A stretch of 63,390 nucleotides of DNA, filler included, from Collodictyon triciliatum (lineage: Eukaryota), in NCBI GenBank assembly GCA_043381765.1. It is 12 parts of 12 records of this genome, joined end to end, with 100 filler letters (N's around TTAATTAATTAA, not from the genome) between each part and the next. Parts side by side here need not be neighbours in the genome. Positions count along the whole stretch, not along the records: positions 37,523 to 42,776 come from JBHJMP010005345.1; positions 42,877 to 48,133 come from JBHJMP010005346.1; positions 48,234 to 53,484 come from JBHJMP010005347.1; positions 53,585 to 58,835 come from JBHJMP010005348.1; 8 more parts are not named here. The stretch is one strand, 5' to 3'. Below, one piece after another: positions 42,488-57,700 of this stretch. The notes beneath the pieces were generated by a model. It did not search any database. It was not told where the DNA came from and was given only the letters and a program-made list of their open reading frames with translations. Position 1 is the first letter of the stretch. The number at the start of each line of letters is the position of its first letter. The translations under genes and the position numbers were made by a program.

Positions 42488-44499
42488 ACTTGACACGGAT
42501 TTTGTTCTATGATGTCCACCCAAGCTGATTGAAACCAGCTGGAAGCGAGGGAGAAAGGAAATTGAGAAATATGTCAAGAAATATTCGTGATTGTCGGATG
42601 TGGCTCCCTTTATTTTCTCTTTTTTTTAAAAAAAAAAATACATATAATAAAAATGGATGTGACGATAAGTGTGCGTGAAGTATGTATGTATGTATGTATG
42701 TATGTATGTATGTATGTATGTATGTATGTATGTATGTATGTATGTATGTATGTATGTATGTATGTATGTATGTATGNNNNNNNNNNNNNNNNNNNNNNNN
42801 NNNNNNNNNNNNNNNNNNNNTTAATTAATTAANNNNNNNNNNNNNNNNNNNNNNNNNNNNNNNNNNNNNNNNNNNNAAGAAGAAGAAGAAGAAGAAGAAG
42901 AAGAAGAAGAAGAAGAAGAAGAAGAAGAAGAAGAAGAAGAAGAAGAAGAAGAAGAAGAAGAAGAAGAAGAAGAAGAGGCGACGGCGAGCGGGGATGCCTT
43001 TATTTTTTTAATTTTTTGTGAGTTAGAGAAATACCTGCGAATCTGAGAAGTGTCGTATCTCAATAGAAAAGATTTTCACACGTTAGTATTCATGTCACGC
43101 CATCCGCGTTTGCTCAACACAGAAAAGGTGAAGTGTTTCACAGAGCACGGAGACACATAACTACATGTATTTGGACCACATCGAACTCGAAACTTCACAT
43201 GGAATAGAATCGCTAAAGAAGGATGGCTTCAACTTCCGGCATACCTTAGCGAGATGCCAATCTTCTTTCTATTTCTTTTTCTTTATTTCACTTCTCTATG
43301 TGATTGCATTTTAAGTGCAGCGGCACGAAAACCCCACCAAAGTTGAGGTATTCTGGGTGGCACAAGGCAAGTAATGCCATCCGAAACTCATGCAACCTCG
43401 CTGCGTCACGAGCTCGCCCTTGTGACAACACCTGGCGCTGGTGGGGACTTGGGTGGCAAAAATGTTCGATACTGCGGCAGGACTCTGGTGTTGTCTGGGG
43501 TTTGTTTGACTTTTGACTCAGCCGAGTAGAAACCCACACAAACCAAATCGAAGGAAGATAACTGGTCGCACTCGGTATCGATCAAGCACAAGCGCCGCAG
43601 CGCTCACCGGGCAGCCATGAACATCACGTATATCGGACGAAGCGACTTCTGCCTGCGCATACACATGACCCAAGGGCAGATCCCGGCCTTCACAGCAGCA
43701 GATCTCAGCGCAGCCCTTCCACCCGGCAACTTTTGGATCCCGTTTGTCCCCACAGACGACAGAACCCCGTTCTTCATCAACTTCCACTCGCCTGCGGAGA
43801 TGGCCTTCACGTTTGAGCTTCTGCGGCAGAGGAAGCAGAACGCCTACGGACACGCCGTGGTCTTTGTGAACGGACAGAGGCTGATTGTTTTCCCTCCCAA
43901 AGCCCACACCGCCACACGCCCGGCATAGAAGCCCCTCCTCCTTTTCCTCCTCTCTCGGCACACACCCACCACAAGCAGCGCCCGGCATAAAGACACCCCC
44001 CGACTCCGCCGCCAAGGAGAAGCACCCTGATAGTCATTCCCTTTGCTTTTTCTCCTTCCTCTCCTATTCAGCTTGCCACTTCCTGCCTCACCCAGCCGCA
44101 AAGAGAAGCAGCCAGGCAGCAATGGCAGACGCCGAAGACGCCGATCCGCTGACGATTCTCTTGCCGGCAAAGTCTGCCCTGCGTATGTCGTCCTGTGCGC
44201 CTCTTTCGTACGACGTGCTGCTTGCTCGGCACGCCCAACTAACGCAAACCACAAACCGCAAACCCGCAACCCGCAACCCTCAACCCTCAACCCGCAGATC
44301 CCCGACCCGTCCATCACACAGCACACAGCGCCCGGCGAGCATTGGCATTGTGCGCTGCAAAGCAGAGCCGGACCGAACCCAATGCAGCCCGTAAGTGACG
44401 TGTGCTTTCTCGTTTCAAGCACCGCGTTTCCGCTCAGACCTACGCAAGTTGTTTGTCCTGCACAGACCAACAGGCCGGCATCTTCCCTGCAGGGAATGC

Positions 44500-44924
44500 A
44501 GCACTGACCGACAATGATGCGGAGGCGGAGGCGGAGGCAGAGGCAGAGGCAGAGGCAGGTGGAGATGTACTCGCCCAGACCGGTGAATCGGCTTGGAGCT
44601 TCCACACAGACCCGGACAATCTAGCGCATCTCGCAGCCTCCCGCAGTGGCTCGCCTGGGCAAACCCGTACAAAAGATGGAAAGATCCGCACCCGCAAGGG
44701 GAAATCGAAGGCATCCCAGGGATGCACTCCAAAGTCTCGGTCGTGTCAGAAGACTTCTCCTGTGCAGTCTATCGTGTCACCCGTGTCTGGACCTTCGCCA
44801 CTATCGCCCTCTCCACATCGTCTCCTAGCCTTGGGGGATGCGAAGAAGAGACGCACAAAGAAGCATATCGGTGACCTAAAACTTTGCGAAAGAAACTCTT
44901 AGTCTATCGCTTGTCTTTCTTCTT

Positions 44925-45018
<94 letters not shown>

Positions 45019-47397
45019 TTTTCTCTGTATTTTACATATGTTCGCTTCAAAAAGTCTCAAAAGACAAGAAATACAAATGCAAGCAACCTATTACAAAAAT
45101 TATGGTTCGTCAGGAATAATAAATATTACATTCTAACACACAAAGAATACCGCCAGCCAAAATCTCTGCAAGTGAAAGAGGCGATTGTACACGGCATACG
45201 ACAGAAATCGACAGCACCATTTCACTACAAAGACTTTAATGAAAATGATTCATTACATCCGGATGCTCTGGCTCGAATAAATTACAGGGAACTAGCAGAC
45301 CTCCTATCAAAAAATATAGAAAGGGTTCATTTAACTTTACCATACTATTTTGGTGGAAAAAAAAGTTGATATTTGAACCAGTTTTGTAATGGAAGCCAAC
45401 CGTCTTATATAAGTGCAATTTATGATCAACACGCATTTTTTCAAATAAAAGAACTATTGTACTTAACAGCCCACATTAAACCGTAGGAGATTCAGGAAAA
45501 CCAATGCCCAGATATGGGTCCAGATAAACAGAGATTATTTATATATCAGTATTGTCTTTTTTTCTTGTTTTTGTAAAAAAAAAATAATGGTTTTTAAAGG
45601 AATTGAACCTTTATTTTTTAATTTGATGAAAAACTCCAATATTCTGTCAACTGATACTTGTGAAATGTCATGATTTGAATATAGGGAGTCATTCGACCGG
45701 ATAATCGATTCTCTCCCCAGTTATTCTGATGTGCTTCTGGATATCAAGGTATACACTACATATATTTAAGTAGAGCTGCAGTACTCCATGATTCTTTCCA
45801 TATGTAAACAGATGGCAGGAATTATTTTTTTTAAAAAAATATTCCATTTCATAAATAAAAGCGAATATACGACCAGTCATGCATCAGAGCGGAATCCAAG
45901 ATGGTGATTGAGAAACAGAAACAACACGAATATGAACAATTGATCAAAAGAAGAGGCCCAAGCTCCCTTCTCAAAATAAGAGGTGCAGACTATGACTAAA
46001 AATTTTTTGCTATTTTCTATACCACATTTTATCACAACACTCTCCTTTGATATTGCAGACGAGGTCAAAAAACTTTCTCGTTCCAATGAGGTACTCTGTA
46101 GAACATACGAAAGGTACGGTTATTACATCAATAATACTTTTTTTATATACCTTTGGTGACGTAGAAGTTCTATTTTAAAAAAATCCGAAACACTTTTGTT
46201 AAGATATAAGGGCAGACTGAAAACGGACAGTGGTACTCATTTCTTACAATTCTGATTACTTTTTCACAATGCATTCATATTTTAATTTTACTTTAGAATT
46301 CCGAAGCACATGTAAACAAGGTGGCATCTAAATTTCTTGATTTTTTTTTGTGCAATTAATCAAATTTTTGATATACCCCTAGATACCACTGATTCGCCCT
46401 TTTCAAATACTCTGCATTCTGGAGAAGACTCATCATTGAAGGCTGTCCACGACGAAGTTTTTTTCCTACAAAAAGCCCTGGTCACTTTGAAGCAGGAGCA
46501 TAAGAAAAACTATGTTCCAAATAACGTTGTGAAGTGGTTAGAATCAAGTCTTTTTGATCTTCAGGTTTGATTACTAAGTCGCTGTAATTACAAGTGTTTT
46601 ACATACGTTTTTTATCTTCTAAATGAGATATTTAGCATACACGCTACAATCGTTTCGACCCTCATGATTTTCTTAGAGAAAACTTTACATAGTACGAAAT
46701 CCAGCGAATCAATCAAATAATTGATGAGAGAATTCAAGAATACAATGTACTGATAGAAAAATTTGCAATCCTTAAAATGAGTGTGTCTGCCATACAAGAG
46801 GAAATTGAAGCTTCAGACCATCATGTAATTGATTTGCGCATAATGCTTTTGAAACATGCGTTCCATTTTGATTTAATGGAGGATTTATCTACATCCACCA
46901 GTGGCGTTATCAAAACAAAAGAACATTATTACATATCCATTCAGCCGCTTACTTTTTGTGCGTTTTCTCTTTTCTTTTTCCTTTTTCCTTTTTCCTTTTG
47001 CGTTTTCTCTTTTCTTTTTCCTTTTTCCTTTTTCCTTTTTCCTTTTTCCTTTTTCCTTTTTCCTTTTTCCTTTTTCCTTTTTCCTTTTTCCTTTTTCCTT
47101 TTTCCTTTTTTGCTTTTTGCTTTTTCCTTTTTCCTTTTTCGTTTTGCTGTTTCCTTTTGCTTTTTGCTTTTTCTTTTTTCTTCTCTCTCTCTCATTGACC
47201 CCTTCACACGACATGTCCGATGGCCTGAGATGCTGATTTACTTGCAGGCTGCACCGCGCAGAATGTCTTTGTCCCATTACCAAGGAATGGACGGCACACA
47301 GAGGCGGTCCATATCTCTGCGCAGAAGGTACGGCAACTCCGCTGCTTGCAAACACACCGATAACCGCGCACCGCTCCGAATCGGGCCCACGTTCTAA
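44500..47397 (+). CDS. Hypothetical multi-exon coiled-coil protein(s)
   Basis: Exon-like segments such as YEIQRINQIIDERIQEYNVLIEKF…IQEEIE and LQKALVTLKQEH separated by AT-rich introns; gene model uncertain. Confidence 0.35.
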
Positions 47398-47596
47398 CCC
47401 TCGTGCTTGTCTCTCACAGCGTCCGCCTTCTGCCGGAGTCTGATTGACGAGCCCCGCACCGCTCCGCACCGCACCCCATACTTCCTTGCCTGTGTTTGCC
47501 TGTGTTCTGTTAAGCGCAGTGTTTGCGTACCCGTTCTCGTTGCAACAATAAAAACAAAACAAAAAAGAAAGAAAAAAGGAGTAGGAAAAAGTCCGC

Positions 47597-47921
47597 ATGG
47601 AAACACCGCCCGGAAGCCGCCGCCGCCCAACGCCAACACGCGTCCGCGGCCTCTCCCCCGCCGCCGTAGTGCGACGTATGTTTGCGTTTCCGCCCGCCCT
47701 TCCACAGAGCCGCCGCACACACTCACGCGGCCTCCACAGGCAAATCAGAGATCCTGTCGACGGCTGCGTTTGCCCCGCCCTCGCTCGGGCCCGCAGCCGA
47801 TCCCCGCCTCGTGCTGCGCTGCTCTGCGTCCTTCGAAGCCGATCTGAAGGCGGTCCTGCCCGTCAAAGGCCATCTCTGGGCCTCGGAGAAGTCTGGAGAC
47901 ATCACCGTCCGCAACCTCGAG
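47597..47921 (+). CDS. Start of a probable WD40/beta-propeller protein (two exons, 3' partial)
   Basis: ATG 47597, GTATGT…CAG intron, exon ending …VKGHLWASEKSGDITVRNLE. Confidence 0.45.
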
Positions 47922-48439
47922 GTGGGTCGCTTATCCGCTCTGCAGATCGCATATTGCCTCTCTCATGGTGTGCCTTTCCTCATCGTACCGTCTTTCTTTT
48001 TCTTTCTTTTTCTTTTCTTTTCTTCCTTTTCTTCCTTTTCTTTCTTTTCTTTCTTTTCTTTCTTTTCTTTCTTTTCTTTCTTTTCTTTCTTTTCTTTCTT
48101 TTCTTTCTTTTCTTTCTTTTCTTTCTTTTCTTTNNNNNNNNNNNNNNNNNNNNNNNNNNNNNNNNNNNNNNNNNNNNTTAATTAATTAANNNNNNNNNNN
48201 NNNNNNNNNNNNNNNNNNNNNNNNNNNNNNNNNGCGTCTCTTCATGGCGTTTCAGCTTGGACAAAGAATCGTGATCGGCTTTCAGAGGTTTTTTCTGCCA
48301 GCGGAAATGTTCGGAGGTGCCAGAAAAATCCACATATTTACTATTTGTGGAAAATTCATCCTATTAAATTTGTAAATGTGGAAACTATTCTCTTTTTTTT
48401 TTCAGGCTAAGGGCCGTTGTTGGTGCCTCAGCCACGTGT

Positions 48440-50161
48440 TTATTTCGTTTTCTTGGCGCCTTGCTTCAGCCACGTCGCGTATGTCAGATGCAGTAAGTCG
48501 GGCCTGTCAGAGACAAGAATATCAACACCACATTTGAGACACAGCAGCTGCCCATCATGCGAATCCAAATCTTCTCCAAACACAGCCACCTAATACGAAA
48601 GGGAAATTCAACACGTATGCCATACATGCGATCCCAGGTAGAAGGAAGGCTGCATGAGTTGGAACAGACCTTCACACCACGGGCATGGAAAGTGTCCACT
48701 AGTTTCTTGGAGAGAATTCGAAATCCATGGTGTTGGACAGTGAGCCCAAGGATGTGATGCTTTATAGGCACCCATGAGAACAACCCCAAGTAGTACATGA
48801 AGAAAGCAAAGTACCTAAGCCATAAACAAGGATGGTGAGTGATTACAATTAGTAAGATACATTCTCGAAGCAAATTGTTCTTATTAATTCTCGTATGGGA
48901 TATTATTATGAACATTATATACATAGTATGGGTGTCTGGTGTGCATGGTATATCTGCTGGAAGTCGCTTCAGCATGGCTTTATTGATGACAGGATCTGTT
49001 GCCCCGATAATGACACGGCCTTGGAGCTTTCTCTTTTCTATTTCGGTGAATACCTTCTCTACTGCATTCTAAAGGAACCAAAATATTNNNNNNNNNNNNN
49101 NNNNNNNNNNNNNNNNNNNNNNNNNNNNNNNNNNNNNNNNNNNNNNNNNNNNNNNNNNNNNNNNNNNNNNNNNNNNNNNNNNNNNNNNNNNNNNNNNNNG
49201 GGTTATTTATTTAATTGAATAGATGATACATATGTTTTTCTCATTGGTATGATAAGGTAAATTCCCTTTAATTATATGATATTATTTCTTGTAGAAACGG
49301 GTGACTTACCACATCTTTGATATCAAAGTAGATGATGAGGTCATTTTTACCTTGAAATTCATCTAATACCTCATCAAATATAGGGATTTGCACTCCCTGA
49401 ATTATAAAATTATTTTAGCAAAGACTTTATAATTTAACCCAAAAATATTTTAAAATAGTAATATGGAAGAGAAATTTGATTATTTATGGATACTTATGAT
49501 TATTTTTTTTTTGAGGACAAAGAAGATGGTGCTTATGGCAGAAGTAAGGATGGATAAAAGGCAAACCTTGCCGCGGAGAGGAAAAGTTTTTCCACCGTCA
49601 GGAGACCATTTGTAGGCTGCGTCGAGTGCTTGAAGCTCGTCGAGGGTCATACCCGAAACCCTTCCTTTCCCATTGGTGGTGCCTTCGAGAGCAAAAGGAA
49701 ATATACTGGAGCACTTTTGGTGCATTTATAAAAACATGTGATATACTAGATCGCTCTCTTACGGTCTACGGTCTTGTCGTGCATGATCACGTATTTCCCG
49801 TCCTTGGTTTTGTGAATATCGATCTCCAACATGTGCGCCTTGATCTCATTAACTGATCTCTTGTACCTTTCATCATGCAAAGTGTCAGACCTTACACTGC
49901 AAACCTCATGGGAAACAAATAAACGCACGACAGCATGACGTTCTCTGGCGTCAGTGTGGACGCGCCTCCTCGGTGCGCAGAAAGGATAGGAAACTTGCTC
50001 GTTCGAAGTAATGGAATCTTGTCTGCTTTCACGCTGGTGGAGTCAGCCCAAGCAGAAACGACACAGTGAACGGCATACAAGAGCACTAGACCAGCCACTG
50101 CGTAGACATACGGGAATCCAGCGGACAGTAGGCCTTCTCCTCCATCTGCGCCAGGTGTCAT
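48440..50161 (-). CDS. GDPD: Glycerophosphodiester phosphodiesterase (GDPD1/3-like), N-terminal TM, multi-exon
   Basis: SAHRGG….PEN, MLEIDIHKTKDGKYVIMHDKTVDRTTNG.G.V…TLDELQALDA, IPIFDEVLDEF, GVDILVSDRP. Confidence 0.92.
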
Positions 50162-50833
50162 TTCTCAAACAGCAGAGAAAGGCTACTGGGATGATAATGG
50201 TAATATAAACAACGGTTTTGTTCAACAGAGAAGGCAAATGACAATCGAATGAGAATCAGTGAGGGGAAGCAAGCCAGAGCGAATAACGCGCATAGTTTCT
50301 GCGTAAAAACTTCCACCGCAACACACAGCAGCGCAGGGTTTCGCGGGTGTGCAGATTAATCGGAAGAAAAAAAAAGATTTTTCAGTCATACCTTTTTAGG
50401 ATAATTTTGAAAATTTTCGGTTCCGAAATAAATCCACTGGCTGTGTGGGCTTTGATCAAAAATAATCCAGAGCGCACGGGTGGGCAGGAGTCAAATCAGT
50501 CCGCCAACATCGGCCGGTAGAACGCTTTTGCTGATCCCAACACTAATCGTAACGAAGCACCATTTTCTTTTTAAATCTCACCTCACGGTAGCGGTTTTTT
50601 TTTTTTTTTAATAAAATGTATTTTCATTAAGCTTGATAATTCGGAACAGTGAATATTCTCCATGGGGAGCATTGCTGGCACACTAATATTTAAAAAAAAA
50701 AAAAAAAAATGCAAACCCAAGTGAATTTGCTACCCAGCCACATTTTTTCAATTAATCTTTTCTATCGACGAGACATCGTGCTTTAGATAGTAAACTTTCT
50801 TTCGGGGCATACAACCTAGACAATTGTTACAAA

Positions 50834-53382
<2,549 letters not shown>

Positions 53383-53410
53383 TAATATCTCTTGTCCCGG
53401 ACAAATTTGA

Positions 53411-53484
<74 letters not shown>

Positions 53485-54085
53485 NNNNNNNNNNNNNNNN
53501 NNNNNNNNNNNNNNNNNNNNNNNNNNNNTTAATTAATTAANNNNNNNNNNNNNNNNNNNNNNNNNNNNNNNNNNNNNNNNNNNNATGGCTTTTTGTCAAC
53601 GGGGAAGTCCAGGTATACGAATGCCGGGGCTGAGGCGAATCGGTTGGAGCAGATTGCAGCGCAATTGTGTGGTGCTAGTCGCAAGGATTTCATTGTTCAC
53701 TAGAGAGGGGGCTGTCTTGTCATTTCTGCCTATGGCCTAGCTGAGCGCCGCGCTCGAAGGGGCTTTCTGTATTGTTCGTTGCCGTAGCGAGAGCGGCGGC
53801 CATTGAAGCGGATGTGACAGACGGCTCTGAATTGGGCGTAGTGGGTATTGTTTCGCTCGAGGCGGCGGTTGAAGGGGTGGTTCCTCGTTTCTTGGTGGTG
53901 AGAAAGGTATCTGTTACCCGCCCGAAGGTTCCCGTTGACTGGATGGTAAAGACGTAAGTTATAATGCCAGGCAGACGGGCTAGGGATGACTGTGGCAGTT
54001 GACATCTGGCAAAAGCTCTCCCCCGCACCTGTTAAGGAGTATGAACGCTTTCAGCCGTCTTTCGCCACTGGGGATACACTTAAGT

Positions 54086-54152
54086 TGTCAGTCTAATTGC
54101 CCAATACGGCATCTTAGGCGGAAACTGTCAGTCTAATAATGAGTTATGCAGA
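54086..54152 (+). mobile_element. Upstream integron-type recombination site (attI-like or degenerate attC): GTCTAAT-AATGA-GTTATGC with TGTCAGTCTAAT direct repeat
   Basis: Core GTTATGCAGA (54143-54152) is the exact reverse complement of TCTGCATAAC at the downstream attC. L-box, 5-bp spacer and R-box geometry; direct repeats at 54086-54097 and 54126-54137. Confidence 0.65.
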
Positions 54153-54205
54153 CCAAACCTCTCTAAACTCTTTTGGTAGGAAATCACATCACTTTTTTGC
54201 ATTTT

Positions 54206-54227
54206 GTCAACAATTCGTCAACAATTC
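54206..54227 (+). promoter_or_regulatory. 11-bp tandem direct repeat GTCAACAATTC x2 upstream of the cassette operon
   Basis: Exact repeat with one-helical-turn period ending 20 bp before ATG 54248; regulatory role is inference only. Confidence 0.3.
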
Positions 54228-54247
54228 GTTTTTTGGTAATTTGACCT

Positions 54248-54763
54248 ATGCCTACTTATAGCGTTAGAGACATTTTAGAAATTATCAAAACTCTAACCCC
54301 CGAACAAAAGCTGGAACTTCAACGCGAACTCCCCAGTGTTCTAGCTGCCGTTGGCAAGGAGTCGACAACTCCTGCTAAGAGTCAAAGTATGAGTGGGGTA
54401 ACTATTACAGGTAGTAGTGACATTGATCTGAGTCAAATTCAGGCAGAGGAGGGAAGTAGTATCAATCAGAGTAAGACTCAGGCAACGCTAGAGAATACTG
54501 ATTTAAAGGAAGCGCTGAGTGTGCTGGAAAAATTAAAGCAGACAGTTGCAACTAATAGCGACCTTAATCCTCTGATAAAGGAAGTGGCAGAGGAGAAAAT
54601 TCAGGCTATCCAGAAAGAAGTACAAAAGCCACAGCCAGATAAAAGCCTGGTGGATAAAGCAATTGTAGCCTTGAAAAAGGGATTGGCAGGGGTGGAAGAA
54701 CTGGCAGAGCCAGTGATGAAAGTTGCCGGTTTGGTGGCTAAAGCCTGGATGGTAATCCCATGA
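54248..54763 (+). CDS. Small helical protein with internal amyloid-like motif; putative effector of the adjacent NLR-like receptor
   Basis: 171 aa: short N-terminal helical part, beta-prone QSMSGVTITGSSDIDLSQIQ, C-terminal helical bundle ending in a hydrophobic/amphipathic helix. Stop overlaps the next start (ATGA). Confidence 0.8.
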   Translation: MPTYSVRDILEIIKTLTPEQKLELQRELPSVLAAVGKESTTPAKSQSMSGVTITGSSDIDLSQIQAEEGSSINQSKTQATLENTDLKEALSVLEKLKQTVATNSDLNPLIKEVAEEKIQAIQKEVQKPQPDKSLVDKAIVALKKGLAGVEELAEPVMKVAGLVAKAWMVIP

Positions 54764-57700
54764 CACAGGAATTTTCTAAGAATTTAGGTGAGGGTGGACG
54801 CGAGCAGACAATCCATGATGTGTCGGTTGTTAGTAGCCAAAACGTTACATTTAACCAGACGCAAATCATCCAGATCTCAGTTGAAGAGGTAAAGACTCGG
54901 AAATTCATTATCACATCCCCCTATAAAGGGCTGAAAAAGTTTGAGTCAGAAGATAAAGATCGCTTTTTTGGGCGGGATCAGTTTCTCACAGGATTGGTGA
55001 ATGAACTGGAGCAGAGCAATTTTGTATTACTTCTAGGTGCATCAGGAAGTGGTAAATCTTCGGTAATTAGAGCAGGTTTGATTCCTTGGCTGGCAGAGAG
55101 GCAAGGGAGTCATTTTATGAATCTGGTCTTTACTCCAGATCAAGATCCGTTTGAATCGCTGTATGCCAGTTTGTTAGGGAAGTATAAACAGTCAGAAGCA
55201 CAGATTGCTCGTATTGCTAAGGAAGATACGCTAACTCAGTTAGTGCGATCGCTCAAGCAGAAGGATGCCTACTGGTTCATTCTCATCGACCAGTTTGAGG
55301 AGTTGTTTACTACCACTGAGTCAAGCAAACGAGATGTCTTCATCAAGAGTTTGGTGCAACTGGTAAAAACTCTCGACAAAGCTGGCGATCGCTCGGTCAA
55401 ACTTGTAGCAACGATGCGAGCAGATTTTTTGGATCGGCTCAGTCCCTATCCCGACTTAATCAAGATAACAGATAAGCATCGCCCCATGATTGCAGAAATG
55501 CAATTGGATGAATTGCGCTTGGCGATCGAACAACCTGCCGCCCATCATGGTGTAGTGTTTGAGACTGGATTAGTCAAGCAAATCATTGATGACGTGCAAG
55601 GACAGGCTGGATATTTACCCTTGTTGCAGTACACGCTAAATCTGTTGTGGGAAACGGAAGTTCAGAGCCGAAGTATTGAAGATCGGACGTTAAATATCAG
55701 CAACTATCGGAAATTGGGTGGGGTGCGGGGAGCACTCCAGCAGCACGTAGATCAAATCTACAAATCTTTGTCTGAATCGGAAAAATTAGCGGCTCAGAGG
55801 ATATTTTTAAAGTTAGTGGGCATTGGCCAAGATGAAGAATCTGGAACTGAGTGGAAACCTGTTCGGCGACGTGCCACTCGTTCAGAGTTTAGCGACCCAC
55901 TAGAGCAAACAGTCTTAACTCAGTTGGTCAATCAGAACTTATTAGTGAGTAATCGTGTGGCTAACTCCGAGGAAAGCACGATTGAGATCGCTCACGAAGC
56001 TTTGCTGACTTCCTGGTTAACATTGAATACTTGGATTAAGGAAAATCGTCAGGAGATCGCACTTCGTAACCGCTTGAACGATGATGTTGAACAATGGAAG
56101 AAAACAAATTCCCATGAAGATTTGTGGTCAGGTTCTCGACTGGAGCAGGCGTTAGAACTAAGACAGGATGAAACCTTTAATCAGGTTCTTGGCGGTTTGA
56201 GTCAGGAAGCCAATCAGTTTTTAGATGCAAGTCAAGGTGAGCGAGATCGCATTCAAAAAGAGAAAGTACGTCTCCAGCGTCGAGCTATTAAATGGCTTTC
56301 TAGCGGTTTGGCAGTAGCTGTCCTATTTGCTTTAGCTGCTGCTTACCAGTGGCAAAAAGCTGAACGTCAAACCCGAATGGCTCAACTGCAAACAAAAATT
56401 GTGTTAGCCAATAATTTACTGCCCAAAGAACCAACTAGAGCAGCAATCCTATCAATTTATGCTACAGGTCAAAGTGTAGCAGAGTATAAAAATGTCTTGA
56501 GTTCGGCAGAAAATAGTTTGCTAGCAAGTGTTCAGGGAGCAAGAGAAGAAAATGTATTTAAAGGGCATCAAGGGGCGGTTTTATCCGTTGCAATGAGTCC
56601 TGATGGGCAAAAGATTGCCAGTGCTGGAGCAGATGGAACAGTCAGACTTTGGAATCTGACGGATCGATCTCAACAAGTTATTGAAAATTTTCAAAACGTT
56701 CAAGCTACAAGCGTTGTCTTCAATCGCAGTGGACATATTTTAGCCAGTGCTGATGCTAATGGACAGATAGCAATTCGTAAATTACAAGAGAATTCCCTTG
56801 TTTGTAATTATCCGAGTGAACTAAAAGGACGCAGAGATGATTATGAAGTTTTTCTTCACCGGACGGTGTTAGCGTTTAGCCCTAAAAATGAAAATTTATT
56901 TATTGGTGCAGGTCCCGATAATAGAGTTCGTATCTTTAATGTGGAAAATTGCGATGAACAAGATTTGGGTATTTTAGAACAGTATGCTCCTGGCGAAGGC
57001 TATCCTTTTGCAACATCTATTGCATTTAGCCCTGATGGCGATTTATTAGCTATAGGTGACTCTGACTCTGGTTTAAGACTGTTAAAGCTTTCTGATAAAA
57101 CCCAACAAATTCTGTTAAAAGGAAGGCTAGGTTATGCTGAATCAATTCAATCGTTAGCATTTCCTGATTTGACCACGATTATCATTGGTATTGGTGTCCA
57201 TGAAATGGCAGAGTATGCGTCTATTAAAACTATCTGGACATTAAGCAAAGATCAGAATCAATGGGAGAAGGGGATTACATTTGGTGTGCATCAAAATGTA
57301 GCTCGTACAGTCGTAATGAATCCTGGTACAAGCCAAATTGTTAGTGGTGGCGATGAAAGTGGTGACGGTCATAACTTAATTCTGCTTGATCGCTGGACTC
57401 AGAACATGCTGTTTGCGTTCATTGGGCATAAAGATAGCGTAAATGCGATTTCTCTCAGTAAGGATGGTAAAAATCTTGTTAGTGGAGGTAGCGATGGTAC
57501 AGTCAGACTGTGGAGCATGGAGATCACTCCTAAAGGTGATGGAATAAAAGAAGTCGTAGAGAAAACCCCAAATTCCTCGTCGTCAGACTATACCAGTATT
57601 TTCTATAGTTCTGATGGCGATAGTATGGCAATAGTCAAACACGATCCGAAGGGCTTTAGCGAAACAGAAACCAATTTTAATTCCTTCAAAAATCTTATCC

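Noticed and set aside
43288-44902. Dense overlapping ORFs on both strands as a compact mobile element
   Set aside because: This is expected from locally high GC in host exons; no transposase, RT or viral motifs were seen.
53585-54085. Integron integrase gene next to the attI-like site
   Set aside because: No frame on either strand shows IntI/tyrosine-recombinase motifs (e.g. HxLRHSFATHLL). The short ORFs here are unassignable.
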